From Octopus vulgaris (lineage: Eukaryota): a DNA stretch of 64,000 nt. Numbering within the stretch: the first letter of the stretch is position 1; each line of letters starts with the position of its first letter. The DNA lies in assembly GCA_951406725.2 (NCBI GenBank), contig OX597819.1:1426001-1490000 (forward strand), read 5' to 3'. The notes beneath the pieces are model-generated. The model worked only from the letters and a program-made list of their open reading frames with translations. It searched no databases and was not told the origin of the DNA. The translations under genes were made by a program, and so were the position numbers. Positions 40,954 to 55,432 of the stretch are shown in pieces.

Positions 40954-40958
<5 letters not shown>
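40737..40958 (+). mobile_element. SINE type A (tail variant 1)
   Basis: GCGAGCTGGCAGAGACGTTAGCGCGCCGG...GAGTTCAAATTCCGCCGAGGTCGACTTTGCCTTTCATCCTTTCG...GTGGGCAATAAA. Confidence 0.88.
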
Positions 40959-40995
<37 letters not shown>

Positions 40996-41624
40996 GTACG
41001 TATGCTTACATACATGTATATTTTTGTGTGTACCTACCTAAAAAATTTAGAAGGGCAGATAATCTCAAGAATGAGAAATAACTTCGAAATTATCGTGCCA
41101 TGAAGGAAATGACTCTTTTGGTCTTTTTATTTTTTTTCTTGAGAGGAGGGAACAATTTGGGGAGATATATTTCTACCTCAATAGTTGTCATTAATACCGT
41201 GACTGTAACAGTTTTAAAGCATATACAAAACGCCTTGTGGACATATATCGTCCAAGGTTAATTCTCACAATTAAAACAGATATAACCTTGTTGCCCGTAG
41301 CATGAATATGGACAACATAAAGTAAAGATATAACAGAAAGCAGACAATGCAAATTCTTGATTTGCAGAAACTGTCTTCGCTTCGAGAAAAGGTAAACAAT
41401 TCACAAATTACACACACTCACGCAAACACAGTCATATATGAGTGTGTGTGTGTGTGTGTGTGTGTGTGTATCATTTTATCATAAAAACCACAATCCTTGT
41501 CAAATACAGTGCCCAAGACCGAGAGACCCTGGGTAGCTGTATTAACAAGAATTGTGTCTTTTGTTATAACATCATCTGTATTCTCTTAGCTTATCGAGTG
41601 CTATTCTACTTGTTCAAACCATAC

Positions 41625-41671
<47 letters not shown>

Positions 41672-41952
41672 CCGCACATATGTATGTATGTGCGTGTGTG
41701 CATATATATATATATGTGTGTGTCTGGAATGGTGGGATTCGAAACAAATAAAAATGAAGGCGTGCAGTTTGTAGTATTTACAGATGTGTGTTTGAGTCCT
41801 ACGTGTACCCTTCGACTTTTCTATCCAATGGGTTTTATTTTTAACTCATTTTTTACATACTATCATTTATAGCTTTATTTGCTTCGAGTTTCACCTTTCC
41901 AAAATTACATTCCACATTCTCACTAGGGATTTCTAAATTCTTATGACGTCAA

Positions 41953-42414
<462 letters not shown>

Positions 42415-42574
42415 AGGGTGGTGTAGATGTCCGTTGATCGATGAAGAGGGTTTATTTGTTAGACCAACTGAATTTTCTGCTCCCGAATTAACGTGTGACT
42501 GAGCTTCCAAGCAGACACTTGTAGCCATAACATAATTATCAGACAAATTTAACGCCGAGATTATACAGGTACAA

Positions 42575-42690
42575 TCCACCCGACGACCATAATAAAGGAT
42601 ATTTGCCCAAGGTGACACACTGTATGATCGAACACGAGACCTCGTGCTTTCGAAGACAAATTCTTAACCATTCAGTCATACTACACCTAT
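42575..42690 (-). mobile_element. Diverged SINE B-like head
   Basis: TTTGCCCAAGGTGACACACTGTATGATCGAAC...TTCTTAACCATTCAGTCAT matches the reverse complement of the type B head. Confidence 0.5.
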
Positions 42691-42849
42691 GCACACATCT
42701 ATTACATACATGCATACACGCATTTATGCTTTCTATTGTTATTCATATACACACAACAGATTAGACAGTTGGGAAAAGAAAATTCCTAGCAACACGTAAC
42801 CTTAGATACCAAGAACCCGTCTAAATATCCTAGCTGTCCCTAATAACAC

Positions 42850-43134
42850 TTATCATTATTATCATTATTATCGTTATTATTATTGAATGAGAGAGCAGTG
42901 CATGCCATCAACGTGACACTGGGGTAAAATATACGAAGCCCATTATACACATCATGGTTACCCATCTAATAAGGGTACACCAGGCACATGCATCACAGCC
43001 ATATGTGCGCAACATGGCGATTTCATATCAAGAAAAACAACGCATGACCTTGCAGGTGGGGCCCAGTTAGAATTTTCTTCAGGTCGAGTAATCCATCCCA
43101 TTCAAAAGGTCTCTGAATAAGTGTTGTCTAAAGG

Positions 43135-43135
<1 letters not shown>
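42850..43135 (-). mobile_element. Probable retroelement 3' UTR fragment with (TAA)n tail
   Basis: Complex-sequence block abutting an (ATT)n run, as expected for a minus-strand LINE end; family not identified. Confidence 0.35.
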
Positions 43136-43345
<210 letters not shown>

Positions 43346-43346
43346 T

Positions 43347-43683
43347 AAGGCGGCGAGCTGGCAGACTCGTAAGCTCACCGGAAAAAAGTGCTTAGCGGCA
43401 TTTCGACTGTCTTTACCTTCTGAGTTCAAATTCCGCCGAGGTCGACTTTGCCTTTTATCCTTTCGGGGTCGATGAAATAAGTACCAGTCGAGCACTGGGG
43501 TCGATGTAATCGTCTAGTCCCCACGTCCCAATTTCTGGCCTTGTGCTGCCTATAATAGAAAATATTATTATTTTCATCCTTTCAAGTTTCATAAAATATT
43601 TACCAGTCGAGCACCAGAGTCGATGTAACTGACCAGCCTCTCCCCCACAAAACCTCAGGATTTTTACCTATTGTAGAAAGGAT
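43347..43683 (+). mobile_element. SINE type A full copy (tail variant 2) plus a tandem partial copy
   Basis: AAGGCGGCGAGCTGGCAGA...GCCTTTTATCCTTTCGGGGTCGATGAAATAAGTACCAG (43347-43562); a second core plus tail at about 43572-43683. Confidence 0.88.
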
Positions 43684-44090
43684 TCTTCTTCTTCTTCTTC
43701 TTCTTCTTCTTCTTCTTCTTCTTCTTCTTCTTCTTCTTCTTCTTCTTCTTCTTCTTCTTCTTCTTCTTCTTCTTCTTCTTCTTCTTCTTCTTCTTCTTCT
43801 TCTTCTTCTTCTTCTTCTTCTTCTTCTTCTTCTTCTTCTTCTTCTTCTTCTTCTTCTTCTTCTTCTTCTTCTTCTTCTTCGTCTTCTTCTTCTTCTTTTT
43901 CTTCTTCTTCTTCTTCTTCTTCTTCTTCTTCTTCTTCTTCTTCTTCTTCTTCTTCTTCTTCTTCTTCTTCTTCTTCTTCTTCTTCTTCTTCTTCTTCTTC
44001 TTCTTCTTCTTCTTCTTCTTCTTCTTCTTCTTCTTCTTCTTCTTCTTCTTCTTCTTCTTCTTCTTCTTCTTCTTCTTCTTCTTCTTCTTC
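43683..44090. repeat. (TTC/GAA)n tract, about 135 units
   Basis: Directly visible, with two single-base interruptions near 43881 and 43898. Confidence 0.98.
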
Positions 44091-44451
44091 TACTAGGTCT
44101 ACGAGTTTCATGCACGACACTTATCATTTTCATGCTTGTCACTCGGTACCTATATACGCCAATTACATGTACATGAGATACACATACATACATGCACACA
44201 TACACACATATATAAACAGATATATAGGATGGTATTAAGCTAATGAAAAGGTTAGTGAACATCCCTCACTAAACATGAAGTCAGTTTAATAATTGCGATA
44301 GACAAAATTCTCAGTCCTTGAATCAGTTTGTAACTTATGCAGATTAAAATATTACAATATAATTGAGTTCTATTTTTATTTTCAATATACAAAAGCTACA
44401 CGTGTGTGTGTGTATGTTTTTATATATATTTATATTTGTATGTATATATAT

Positions 44452-44514
<63 letters not shown>

Positions 44515-44600
44515 TGTATGTATGTATGTATGTATGTATGTATGTATGTATGTATGTATGAATGTATGTATGTATGTATGTATGTATGTATGTATATATA

Positions 44601-44822
44601 CATTAATCCCTCGACTATCGCGGGTGTTATGTTCCAACACTCACCGCGATAGATGAAAATCCGCGAAGTAGAAAGAGTACTTTATTGTATATTTTGTCTT
44701 CCTATTATTTTTATAATTCGTATATATTTATTTTATTATAAATGGAAAACAACACTACGGAGGAATCGACCTAAGATTAAATAATAAACCACGATAGGTG
44801 AACCTCGATATGGCCAGGTATA
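44601..44822. mobile_element. Tigger/pogo-like MITE, decayed
   Basis: Left end TA-CATTAATCCCTCGACTATCGCGG (Tigger-like CAGTAxxCCTCG); recurring CCGCGATAG/CCACGATAG subterminal motifs; degraded right end CTCGATATGGCCAGG. Confidence 0.55.
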
Positions 44823-44830
44823 TATTTTGC

Positions 44831-44882
<52 letters not shown>

Positions 44883-45017
44883 CATACATACATATATACA
44901 TACATATATACATACATATATATACATGTGTGTATTTACACACATAAACACGCACATACATATATGGATCAACTTACTACATAATATTAATTCAGTAATC
45001 AATATATTTATCTGCAT

Positions 45018-45205
45018 TTCTTTTACTTCTTTTACTAGTTTCAGTCATAAGACCTTGCCATCCTGGGGCCCAGCCTTAAAGAATTCTCTAGTCGAACGAA
45101 TCGACCCCATTATTTATGTATTTTTAAGCCTGGTACTTTTTCTATCGATCTCTTATGCCGAACCACTAAGTTACTAGGACGTAGAAATGCAAACATCAGT
45201 TATCT
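45018..45205 (-). mobile_element. SINE type B 3' half
   Basis: TTTTACTAGTTTCAGTCAT...TAGTCGAACGAATCGACCCC...GCCGAACCACTAAGTTAC. Confidence 0.75.
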
Positions 45206-45465
45206 ATATATCTACAATATATTATAATTGCGTTTAGACATTGGAGAAATGGTTAATTTTTGATATAAATGTGTTTTAAATAATGTGGAATGACGTTTAT
45301 CCTGTCTAGCTGCAATTTTTTGACGTCATATAATATGCGAAAATAAGTTTGACTGTTACGAATGAAATTCGTTCGAATATTTGGGATTGCACAATAATTG
45401 TTCTGGAATAATTGAACTGTGTTTTACAAATTTAGAATATTGAGTTTTGAAAAAGCTGTTCATGA

Positions 45466-45618
<153 letters not shown>

Positions 45619-45631
45619 AAGAGAAAGAAAG

Positions 45632-45664
<33 letters not shown>

Positions 45665-46062
45665 GTGTTATTTTGATTGAGAAAGCACAACACTTATCCA
45701 ATATGTAGAACTCTAAGAAAATCCTTATATATCCATTTGCCAGTCGAGTATTAAACGTTTGAATAATTCACAAACTGTATATCTGGTAGTACTCGATTAA
45801 ATTACAATAGTCCTCTGATGTTCTAGCCTTTTAACTCTTTTATGAAATCGCTTACGTAGCGATTATTGCATAACGTACCATTATTTGCTAGCGAAACACG
45901 TGTATGATTAAGTCATTCATACTGTTGTAATGCAACACTTAAACGAACGCTCATGCTATTCTGCTCTCATATATATACACACACATATTTATATATATAC
46001 TCATGTATATACGAATATACATATATACGTACATACATACTTATATATATATATATGCATAG

Positions 46063-46107
<45 letters not shown>

Positions 46108-46194
46108 CATATGAGTGTGTGTGTGTATGTGCGTCGCGTGAAGAGATTATCGATATGATAACACACACAAAAACAACAGTTTGTGTGTTTTAGG

Positions 46195-46545
46195 AGGCTC
46201 AGGGTATCGAACCCAACCCACCTAGCATAATCATTAAAACTAAGTCGACCCACACTAATGGGAAAAATAGAAATAGGAAAGGCATGTAGTATAATCCTCC
46301 AGGAAAAATTTCCAAATAAAATCATGGAAAACTAATATATTTTCCTTTACTTAGAGCTAACTTCCCTCTTCACCAAATATATTTAATACATATACCATTA
46401 AACTTTCCTACTCTACCACTCCAAATTTTGCCGACAGTATTGCTTGAATTAATATATTTAAACTAAATATATTTAGATTATCAGAAGACCTAGGTCCTCC
46501 ATAACCTAGCAATCAATCATTAAATGCTAATTTCTACCTGAAGTA
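46195..46545 (+). mobile_element. Decayed Penelope-like fragment
   Basis: KNRNRKGM*YNPP, LLRANFPLHQI and FNTYTIKLSYSTTPNFADSIA match the PLE linker RxRxIIWYNPP...IFNxxTIKLSYSxxPN. Confidence 0.7.
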
Positions 46546-47558
46546 CCATATGTATATGTAGATGTATGTATATAATCAAATATTATATGAATACGTGTGT
46601 TCATACACGCACACAGATTTTTTTACATCAGTATAAAAACCTAGTGTTATACATAATGTCTATCTCAAAGTCTGTTATGCATGCATCTACATGTATGTAG
46701 GTTTGCTTTCATGTCCGTTGTAGGTTTTATGTATGTATATATAAATGTAGGAAGCTGTGTGTGCTTATGTATATCGTTGAATATATTTGAATATATGTAA
46801 GTGTATATGTATACGTAGGAATGTGTAAGTGTATCTATAGACACGTGTGTATATGCTTACGTGTACGCGTATATATTTCTACGTATACACACACATATGT
46901 ACATAATATAATTGCAGGTGTGTGTATGTGTGCGTGTGTGCGTTTGTGTGCATACTGTTGGGTTCGTAAGCAGAAGTGTATGTTAATATATTTATGACCT
47001 TAGTAGCAGACAATCTATGCAGCCAACGAAATTTATCTAGTTTTTACTTTCTTAATTTCTGCTAAATTACCTCAATCTCAACTACACAAAACACATCACA
47101 AGAAAAATATAAAAAAGAAACAATGTATTTCTCAAGGTAATAAATATATATAGTTGGGATTATCTTTTACATATGTCTATTAATGTATTTGTGTATCTCT
47201 CCATACTCTGATATCTGTCTAGCTTGATCTGGTTGTGGTGCATGTGTGTCTAATTTATATATCTGCACCCATCTACAGTGGTGTATTGATGTATATTTGT
47301 ATGCATATCTGTATCTGTATATGTTGGCATATGCGTGGTTGTGTGAATACATATGTATAGGAACATCTGTATATCATTCTATATATTCGTCTACACACAT
47401 GCACGTATGATATACATATGGTGGTACTTGTTTGCATATCGCTATGCATGTGTAGAAACAAGGACAAGCTAATGAAAGTGATTATGTTACTTCTCTCCTT
47501 TTGACATTCATTAATTCATATAACGCTCTGTACTCGTCTGATCCTGATGCTTTTTGCC

Positions 47559-47595
<37 letters not shown>

Positions 47596-47779
47596 AAACA
47601 CGAATACAAAATATATGTACATTCATATATGTATACATCAATATATACATATAGAAATATACATACACACATACATAATACACACATATATAAATACATA
47701 TATATTTTCATATAGACATATACATTCATACATATATGTATGTGTATATATAAACCTATATATACTTATATATGTTTTA

Positions 47780-47838
<59 letters not shown>

Positions 47839-48274
47839 TACAGAAACACTTATACGTGCGCACACACGCACACTCACACACTCACACATATGTGTACATG
47901 AACATACAGAAACTTATATATGCACACCCACACATATCGATGTATTTTGTGCGTTAATTTGCAAACGTGTATGTGTGCATGTCCGTGCAAGTCTGTGTAT
48001 GTATGTATACCATTTTTCACTTGGCAGAGGAAAGTGTTCTATGCACTCACCTAAGTGTATGCTAGTCATGCGCTATCAATAATTTTGAATTTATTGAAAA
48101 ATCACTCGATTGTTCTATTGAGATATTGAAATATGCGTTACATTTTATTTCTGCTACTCAGATTCTCGGAAACGAAAACCATTCTAAAATTATTCTCACC
48201 ATTTACATTAACTCAACTAGGATGTGATATGCATGTTAACAAACCTAAAAAATAACCTCTTTAATAGAATTGTA

Positions 48275-48288
48275 TTTCTTTCTTTTCT

Positions 48289-48379
<91 letters not shown>

Positions 48380-48424
48380 GTCTTTCTTTCTTTCTTTCTG
48401 TCTTTCTTTCTTTCTTTCTTTCTT
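48275..48424. repeat. (TTTC)n tract
   Basis: Directly visible. Confidence 0.95.
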
Positions 48425-50295
48425 GAATACAGAACATAGAGAGTCACCTTCAGTGTTTGCATCCTCTAGTATCACACTAATATCTCTTCCTGTCTTTTCA
48501 ATCTTCCGCATTCAAACGTAGGAATAGTGTTTCTAACATTGGCATACTTTATACGCTATTTAACTGATTTCTTAGAATGCATTTAAAAATAAATCTCTGT
48601 ATCTTACATTGTAGTTGTGTAGATTATCTATCTTTAGCAAATATGCATAATGAGCACCTCTTTGAGTATATTTTCCTAATTGTAAAATCGTTATTTCGCA
48701 TTCAAACATATTCTATTTCAAAATTTTGATGTTTCTTTTTAATGTATGTTAAAAATTAAATTTAAATATCTTAGACACAGTGTGTATGGTTATTGAGAAA
48801 ATTCTCTAAAGAAATGTGAAACATTATTTGTTAGATTGCCAAGCACAATTACCTGTGTGATGGTTATTATTTCGTTTATAGCTTTTACTCTGCTTATTTA
48901 TTTGCATACATTCATTCATATACTATTATTATTAGAAAATATTATGAATATATGTAGACATACGTATGCAGTCTTGGGCAAATAAGTAAGGATGTACGGG
49001 TACGTTAAGAGAATAAATTATAATAAACAATGAAACTGAATATGTTAAAACGAACAGAAAATATTTATATGGATTTTTCTATCATTTATTATATATCAGA
49101 ATTAAATACACATTTAATCATTTAGCGTATTGTGACGTATGTTTGGACACTTGGATACATGGGCACGCAAGCACTCATGCATGCACTCTCGCACGCACGC
49201 ATATGCACGAACATGAAGGCATACACGCGCACACACGCACACGCAGGCACACGCTGCCACGCACGCACACGCTGCCACGCACGCACACGCACGCACGCGC
49301 ATAAGGCTTAATGTTTTCTGCCTGCCTGTTCAAAACTGATTACTGACAGAAATCTACTTCTTAATTTGCAAGCAGCAATGAAGCCCGCTGTGTCCTGATT
49401 GAACGAATGGCAGGCAGTATGGCTGGCATAAATGTAGTTCAAATGAACTGCAACTGCATATGTAACATATGTTAAGCTGCTTTTTAAAAATATATGCGTC
49501 TTTTAAATATATTTTTAGAAACGTTTTATTTGTTTTATTCATCGGTAACTCAAATCAATAAATTTCTTTAGAATCCGTTAAAAAAATGCCATAATTTTAT
49601 ATTTTCCGAAATTCAATAAAATTGTTCTTGACATTTTAAGTTTTTACGAAATGAAAAGTTGTGACGTTTACATCTCTCTCAAAGTAACAAGGGCTTCATA
49701 TATCTCAGTGGTTTGTTTCGTTTGAGAATCTAATGCAATACAGCATTCTAGAAACGCTAACCGTATCATATTTAAGATATAAAGAAACATGAATAATTAT
49801 AATATTTCAAATATATAACAAATGTTATTTGTACATTGTTTTATTTATTGTACATTAATTAAATTTAATTAAATACTTTATTTATTCATTTAATGAATGG
49901 TTCAACGAAAAATATTGAATGAAATAATGAAATTATACAGTAGCTTACTTCTTGTTGCAAGATTTTGTATTTGATGATATAAGTACTTAATCACCAAATT
50001 TCTTATGTAACATGGCAGAATGAAGAAAAAATTTAATGGTCATGCTATTTTTAAAATGTTTTAAGCCTGCAGCTAAATATTTTCTTTATATAAAACCAGT
50101 AGACACAAACAAAAATTGCAAGGTCTTAATTTCTCAGTAGATCGGTGCAAATCTGTTCTGAGTTCATATAAGATTAAACTCGATTCTGTTTTCAAATAAG
50201 TACAGGGGCTGAACCAAACGACTATTTTGTTTCACAAAAAAAAAAAGAAGAAAGAAAAAAGAGAAGAAAGACATTCTCTTGATTTGGAAATCGCA

Positions 50296-50800
50296 CTGGA
50301 GGCTTGACTATGTGGTAAGAAGCTTGATTCCCAACCACATGGTTAAGGGTTCAGTCCCACTGTGTGTCACCTTGGGTAAGTGTCTTCAACTATAGCCTCG
50401 GGTCGACCAAAACCTTGTGAGTGGATTTGGTAGGCAAAAACGAAAGAAGCCCCTTGTACATACACGCGCGCGCACACACACACACACACAAGCTGTATTT
50501 AAATCAAAATGTAAATTAAAATTCATGATATGCTACTTCATTATGATCATTATTATTATTTATATGTGTGTGTATGTGTATTTATGTCTGTCTTTGTCCT
50601 CTCATCACCGCTTGACAACCGGTGTTGGTGTGTTTACTTCCCTGTACGCTAGCGGTTCGGCAAAAATTACCGATAGAATAAATACTAGGCTTTAAAAAAT
50701 AAATCTTGAGACCGATATTTTCGACTAAAACCCATCAAGGCGATGCTGAAGCATGGCCGCAGTAAACTGACTGAATAAAGCAATCAAGTAAAAGAAAAAG
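50296..50800 (+). mobile_element. SINE type B, full length
   Basis: TGTGGTAAGAAGCTTG...GGTTCAGTCCCACTG...CACCTTGGGTAAGTGTCTTC; internal spacer at about 50455-50590; tail GCATGGCCGCAGTAAACTGACTGAA. Confidence 0.85.
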
Positions 50801-50991
50801 AACGAGTTATCATCCACTTCTATGTGACCAATGAAATCCCCACATGAAATCCCCACATGAAATTCCCACATGAACACGTATCAAGACTACAATTTATTCA
50901 TGTTCATAAATATAAAAACCAAGATATAGTAAGATGTAAGTGCTTGTTCACACACGCGCAGACGCACATGCGCTCACACACATACGCACAC

Positions 50992-51029
<38 letters not shown>

Positions 51030-51035
<6 letters not shown>

Positions 51036-51056
51036 CCAAAAACAGACTCTCACAAA

Positions 51057-51091
<35 letters not shown>

Positions 51092-51113
51092 CAGACTCTC
51101 ACACTCTCACAAA

Positions 51114-51176
<63 letters not shown>

Positions 51177-51251
51177 CAAAAAACAGACTCTCACAAACTC
51201 ACACACACACACATACACACACACACACAACAAAAAACAGACTCTCACAAA

Positions 51252-51328
<77 letters not shown>

Positions 51329-51394
51329 CCAAAAACAGACTCTCACAAACTCACACACACACACATACACACACACACACAACAAAAACAGACT

Positions 51395-51467
<73 letters not shown>

Positions 51468-51582
51468 CCAAAAACAGACTCTCACAAACTCACACACACA
51501 CACACAACCAAAAACAGACTCTCACAAACTCACACACACACACATACACACACACACACAACCAAAAACAGACTCTCACAAA

Positions 51583-51617
<35 letters not shown>

Positions 51618-51805
51618 CCAAAAACAGACTCTCACAAACTCACACACACACACACAACCAAAAACAGACTCTCACAAACTCACACACACACACACACACA
51701 CACCAAAAACAGACTTATATATATATATATATATATAACACACACACACACACACACACACAACCAAAAACAGACTCTCACAAACTCACACACACACATA
51801 CACAC
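51030..51805. repeat. Compound minisatellite: about 13 copies of AACCAAAAACAGACTCTCACAAACTC separated by variable (CA)n
   Basis: Directly visible; source of the 293 and 301 aa ORFs. Confidence 0.92.
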
Positions 51806-51942
51806 ATGGCGAAGCACTGATATTAAGACCAATCTACAAAGATGACAGCCAAGGACATTCCATTGAACTCAAAAAACTAGTGATGTGTGAGTTCATAAAA
51901 GACATTCATGCATTAAAAGGATAGACTGGTAATATATATATA

Positions 51943-52037
<95 letters not shown>

Positions 52038-52244
52038 TATATAAATAAGTGACATATATATATATATATAAATATATATATATATATGATATATATGTCT
52101 GTCCATTTTACACTATATATTATCAGTTTGCATATGTGCGTGTGTGTGTTATTAATTGGCAGAATGCAAAAGTGATTTAAGGACCGAGAGTTTCTTCATG
52201 AAACTCAGCAAGTAGCATGCACGGAACTCTCAGCCATGCCGAAG

Positions 52245-52294
<50 letters not shown>

Positions 52295-52296
52295 TA

Positions 52297-52319
52297 GGCC
52301 GAAACCGAAAGAAGCCCGT

Positions 52320-52385
<66 letters not shown>

Positions 52386-52590
52386 TGTGTGTCTGTGTTT
52401 GTTCCTTCCCACCATCGCTTGACAACCGATGCTGGTGTGTTAACGTCCCTGTAAATCCAGCGGTTCGGCAAAACAGACCGATACAATAAGTACTAGGTTT
52501 ATAAAGAATAAGTTCTTGTGTCGATTTGTTTAACTAAAGGTGGTGCACCAGCATGGCCGCAGTCAAATGACTGCAACAAGTAAAAGAATA
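52297..52590 (+). mobile_element. SINE type B, 5'-truncated
   Basis: GAAACCGAAAGAAGCCCGT-(TA)n-...CATCGCTTGACAACCGATGCTGG...CAGTCAAATGACTG. Confidence 0.85.
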
Positions 52591-52636
52591 TACATACAAA
52601 CACGCACACACATACATACATACATACATACATACA

Positions 52637-52670
<34 letters not shown>

Positions 52671-52746
52671 CATACATGCATACGTACATATATACAAATA
52701 AATATATACATATATATATATATATATGTATATATGTATATATGTA

Positions 52747-52818
<72 letters not shown>

Positions 52819-52873
52819 ACTGGTATTTGAGTACTCTTTTTTCCACCTTGTTTCACATTTATGTGTTTACTCC

Positions 52874-52917
<44 letters not shown>

Positions 52918-52991
52918 AGAGCGCTGTAGGTCGCGTGGCGAAGCAATTAGCTGACCTCTGATTATAATTATGTTTATAATCATAGAATATT

Positions 52992-53040
<49 letters not shown>

Positions 53041-53100
53041 AACGTATATATTCATATACATATATATTTTAATATATATATATATATCTAAACGTATATA

Positions 53101-53432
53101 GGTGCATGGTCCCGGGTTCAGTCCCACTGCATGGCACATTGGGAAAGTGTCATCTACTATAGCCTCGAGTCGGCAAAAGCCTTGTGAGTGGATTTTCCAG
53201 ACGGAAACTGAAAGAAGCCTTCGTAAATATATGTATATATTTATGTGTGTGTCTTTGTGTCTATTTGACCCCCAGCCCCATCGTTTAACAAGTGACCTAG
53301 CCGTTCGGCTGAAGAGACTGATACAATAAGTAACAGTCATCCAAAGAATAAGTTCAGCGGTTGATTTCTTATATTAAAAGGGGGTGCTCCAGCATGACCA
53401 CAGTCAATGACAGAAGCAAGTAAAAGAAAAGA
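53101..53432 (+). mobile_element. SINE type B
   Basis: GGTCCCGGGTTCAGTCCCACTGC...GGAAACTGAAAGAAGCC...GGTGCTCCAGCATGACCACAGTC. Confidence 0.85.
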
Positions 53433-53444
53433 GTATACATTCAT

Positions 53445-53475
<31 letters not shown>

Positions 53476-53891
53476 CACACACACACACACTCATATGTAT
53501 ACATATCGACATACCCCCCCCATATTCGACGCACAACCTTCTTATTCTCATACGCACTCTACATCCACACATCCAACTTTCACACATCCACACAAACAAT
53601 AGACAGTACTATTATATCCATTATACTACATCTCACTTACTTCCCCTGTCCTACTCTCTTGACAGAAGATATTGTTTCTTAATCTCCATCACTTCCACAT
53701 TTTCTCTGTATGAGACAATAATCAAAGTATGTCCTTTTCCTCATCTTCTTCAAATTTTCTCTTTCTCTCTTGTTCTTCGAGGATCAAGCTGTCTTGTTTT
53801 TTTCCTTACAACGTAAAACTAATAAGAATGTCTTACGTATGGATGCTCACTGTATTTTCGTTACTTTGTTCTATTCTTGAAACGTTTGGAC

Positions 53892-53939
<48 letters not shown>

Positions 53940-54099
53940 TGTGTTTACACACATGAGCGCATTCACACCCACATAAACATATGCATACATGTGTGTGTGT
54001 GTGTGTGTGTGAAAACAAAACACATACATACACCGCAAAGTAAGAGAAAAACAATTTCTCCCAAGCCCTTTCAGATCATCTTGAAATCCATGTATCCCA

Positions 54100-54242
<143 letters not shown>

Positions 54243-54731
54243 GCGCACACACAGAACTGACGACATTTTGAATAGAAAAGAATTCCGTTATTAAATTCAA
54301 CAATATTTTTAATACAAGAAATCTACTTTTCAATTCTATAGAATTTATAACACTTGACCCCAGAACACTATTTCAGACCCCTGCGTAGACAACATATATA
54401 AAGAAAGATTTTAAGAGAAAATATCAAACGGGTTCTTAGCTACGCACAGAAAATGAGAAGAAACTGTTTCAACTTCTTTCCTAATTTTTTTTCCTTATTA
54501 CTTGATCCTTGGCTTTGAGTTTATAACATTTGATGAGATGGACATTAAAACTTGTGATATTTTATAAAAGTCACTTAATGTTAAACATTTTTAAATATTT
54601 ATCACCTGTCTGATTAAACAGTAAAAAGATTTCTGTGCTATTTCCGTTTTTACTTTCTACCTGTAACATTTGAGTTGCATGGACTCTTAACCCCTTTCCA
54701 ACTATATACATTTGTACATTTATATCTACAT

Positions 54732-54782
<51 letters not shown>

Positions 54783-54803
54783 TACATACATACATACATA
54801 GAT

Positions 54804-54868
<65 letters not shown>

Positions 54869-54924
54869 TACATATATACACATACATATACATACATACA
54901 AACATACATAAATACACTCACAAA

Positions 54925-55012
54925 TCGCTAACTTACGGGGACATAAATTAATCAATACCGGCTATCAAACGGTGGTGAGTGATGAACACCTGAACAGAGA
55001 CACACATAGGTA

Positions 55013-55068
<56 letters not shown>

Positions 55069-55135
55069 ATATCTATGTATCTATGTATCAATCTATCTAT
55101 CTATCTATATATATATATACATATATGTATATGTG

Positions 55136-55174
<39 letters not shown>

Positions 55175-55432
55175 TGTGTGTTGTGTGTGTGTAAATCTCA
55201 CATGTACATATATGTATAAATATATACCTATGTGTGTGTCTGTTCAGGTGTTCATTTCTCACCACCGCTTGATAGCCGGTTTTGATTTATTTATCCCGTC
55301 GTAAAGAGGCTGATAGAAAAGGCTTCAGAAAAATACATTCTGGAATCTATTTGTTCGATTGACTAAATCCTTCAAGATGGTGTCCCAGCACGACTGCAGT
55401 CCAATGACTTAAGCAAGTAAAAGATAAAAGAA
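54925..55432. mobile_element. Inverted pair of SINE B 3' segments
   Basis: 54933-55015 (minus) and 55222-55304 (plus, continuing to the tail at 55432) are reverse complements. Confidence 0.8.

Noticed and set aside
51030-51805. CRISPR-like repeat/spacer appearance and 293/301 aa ORFs
   Set aside because: Spacers are (CA)n of variable length rather than unique sequence; no cas genes; eukaryotic context.
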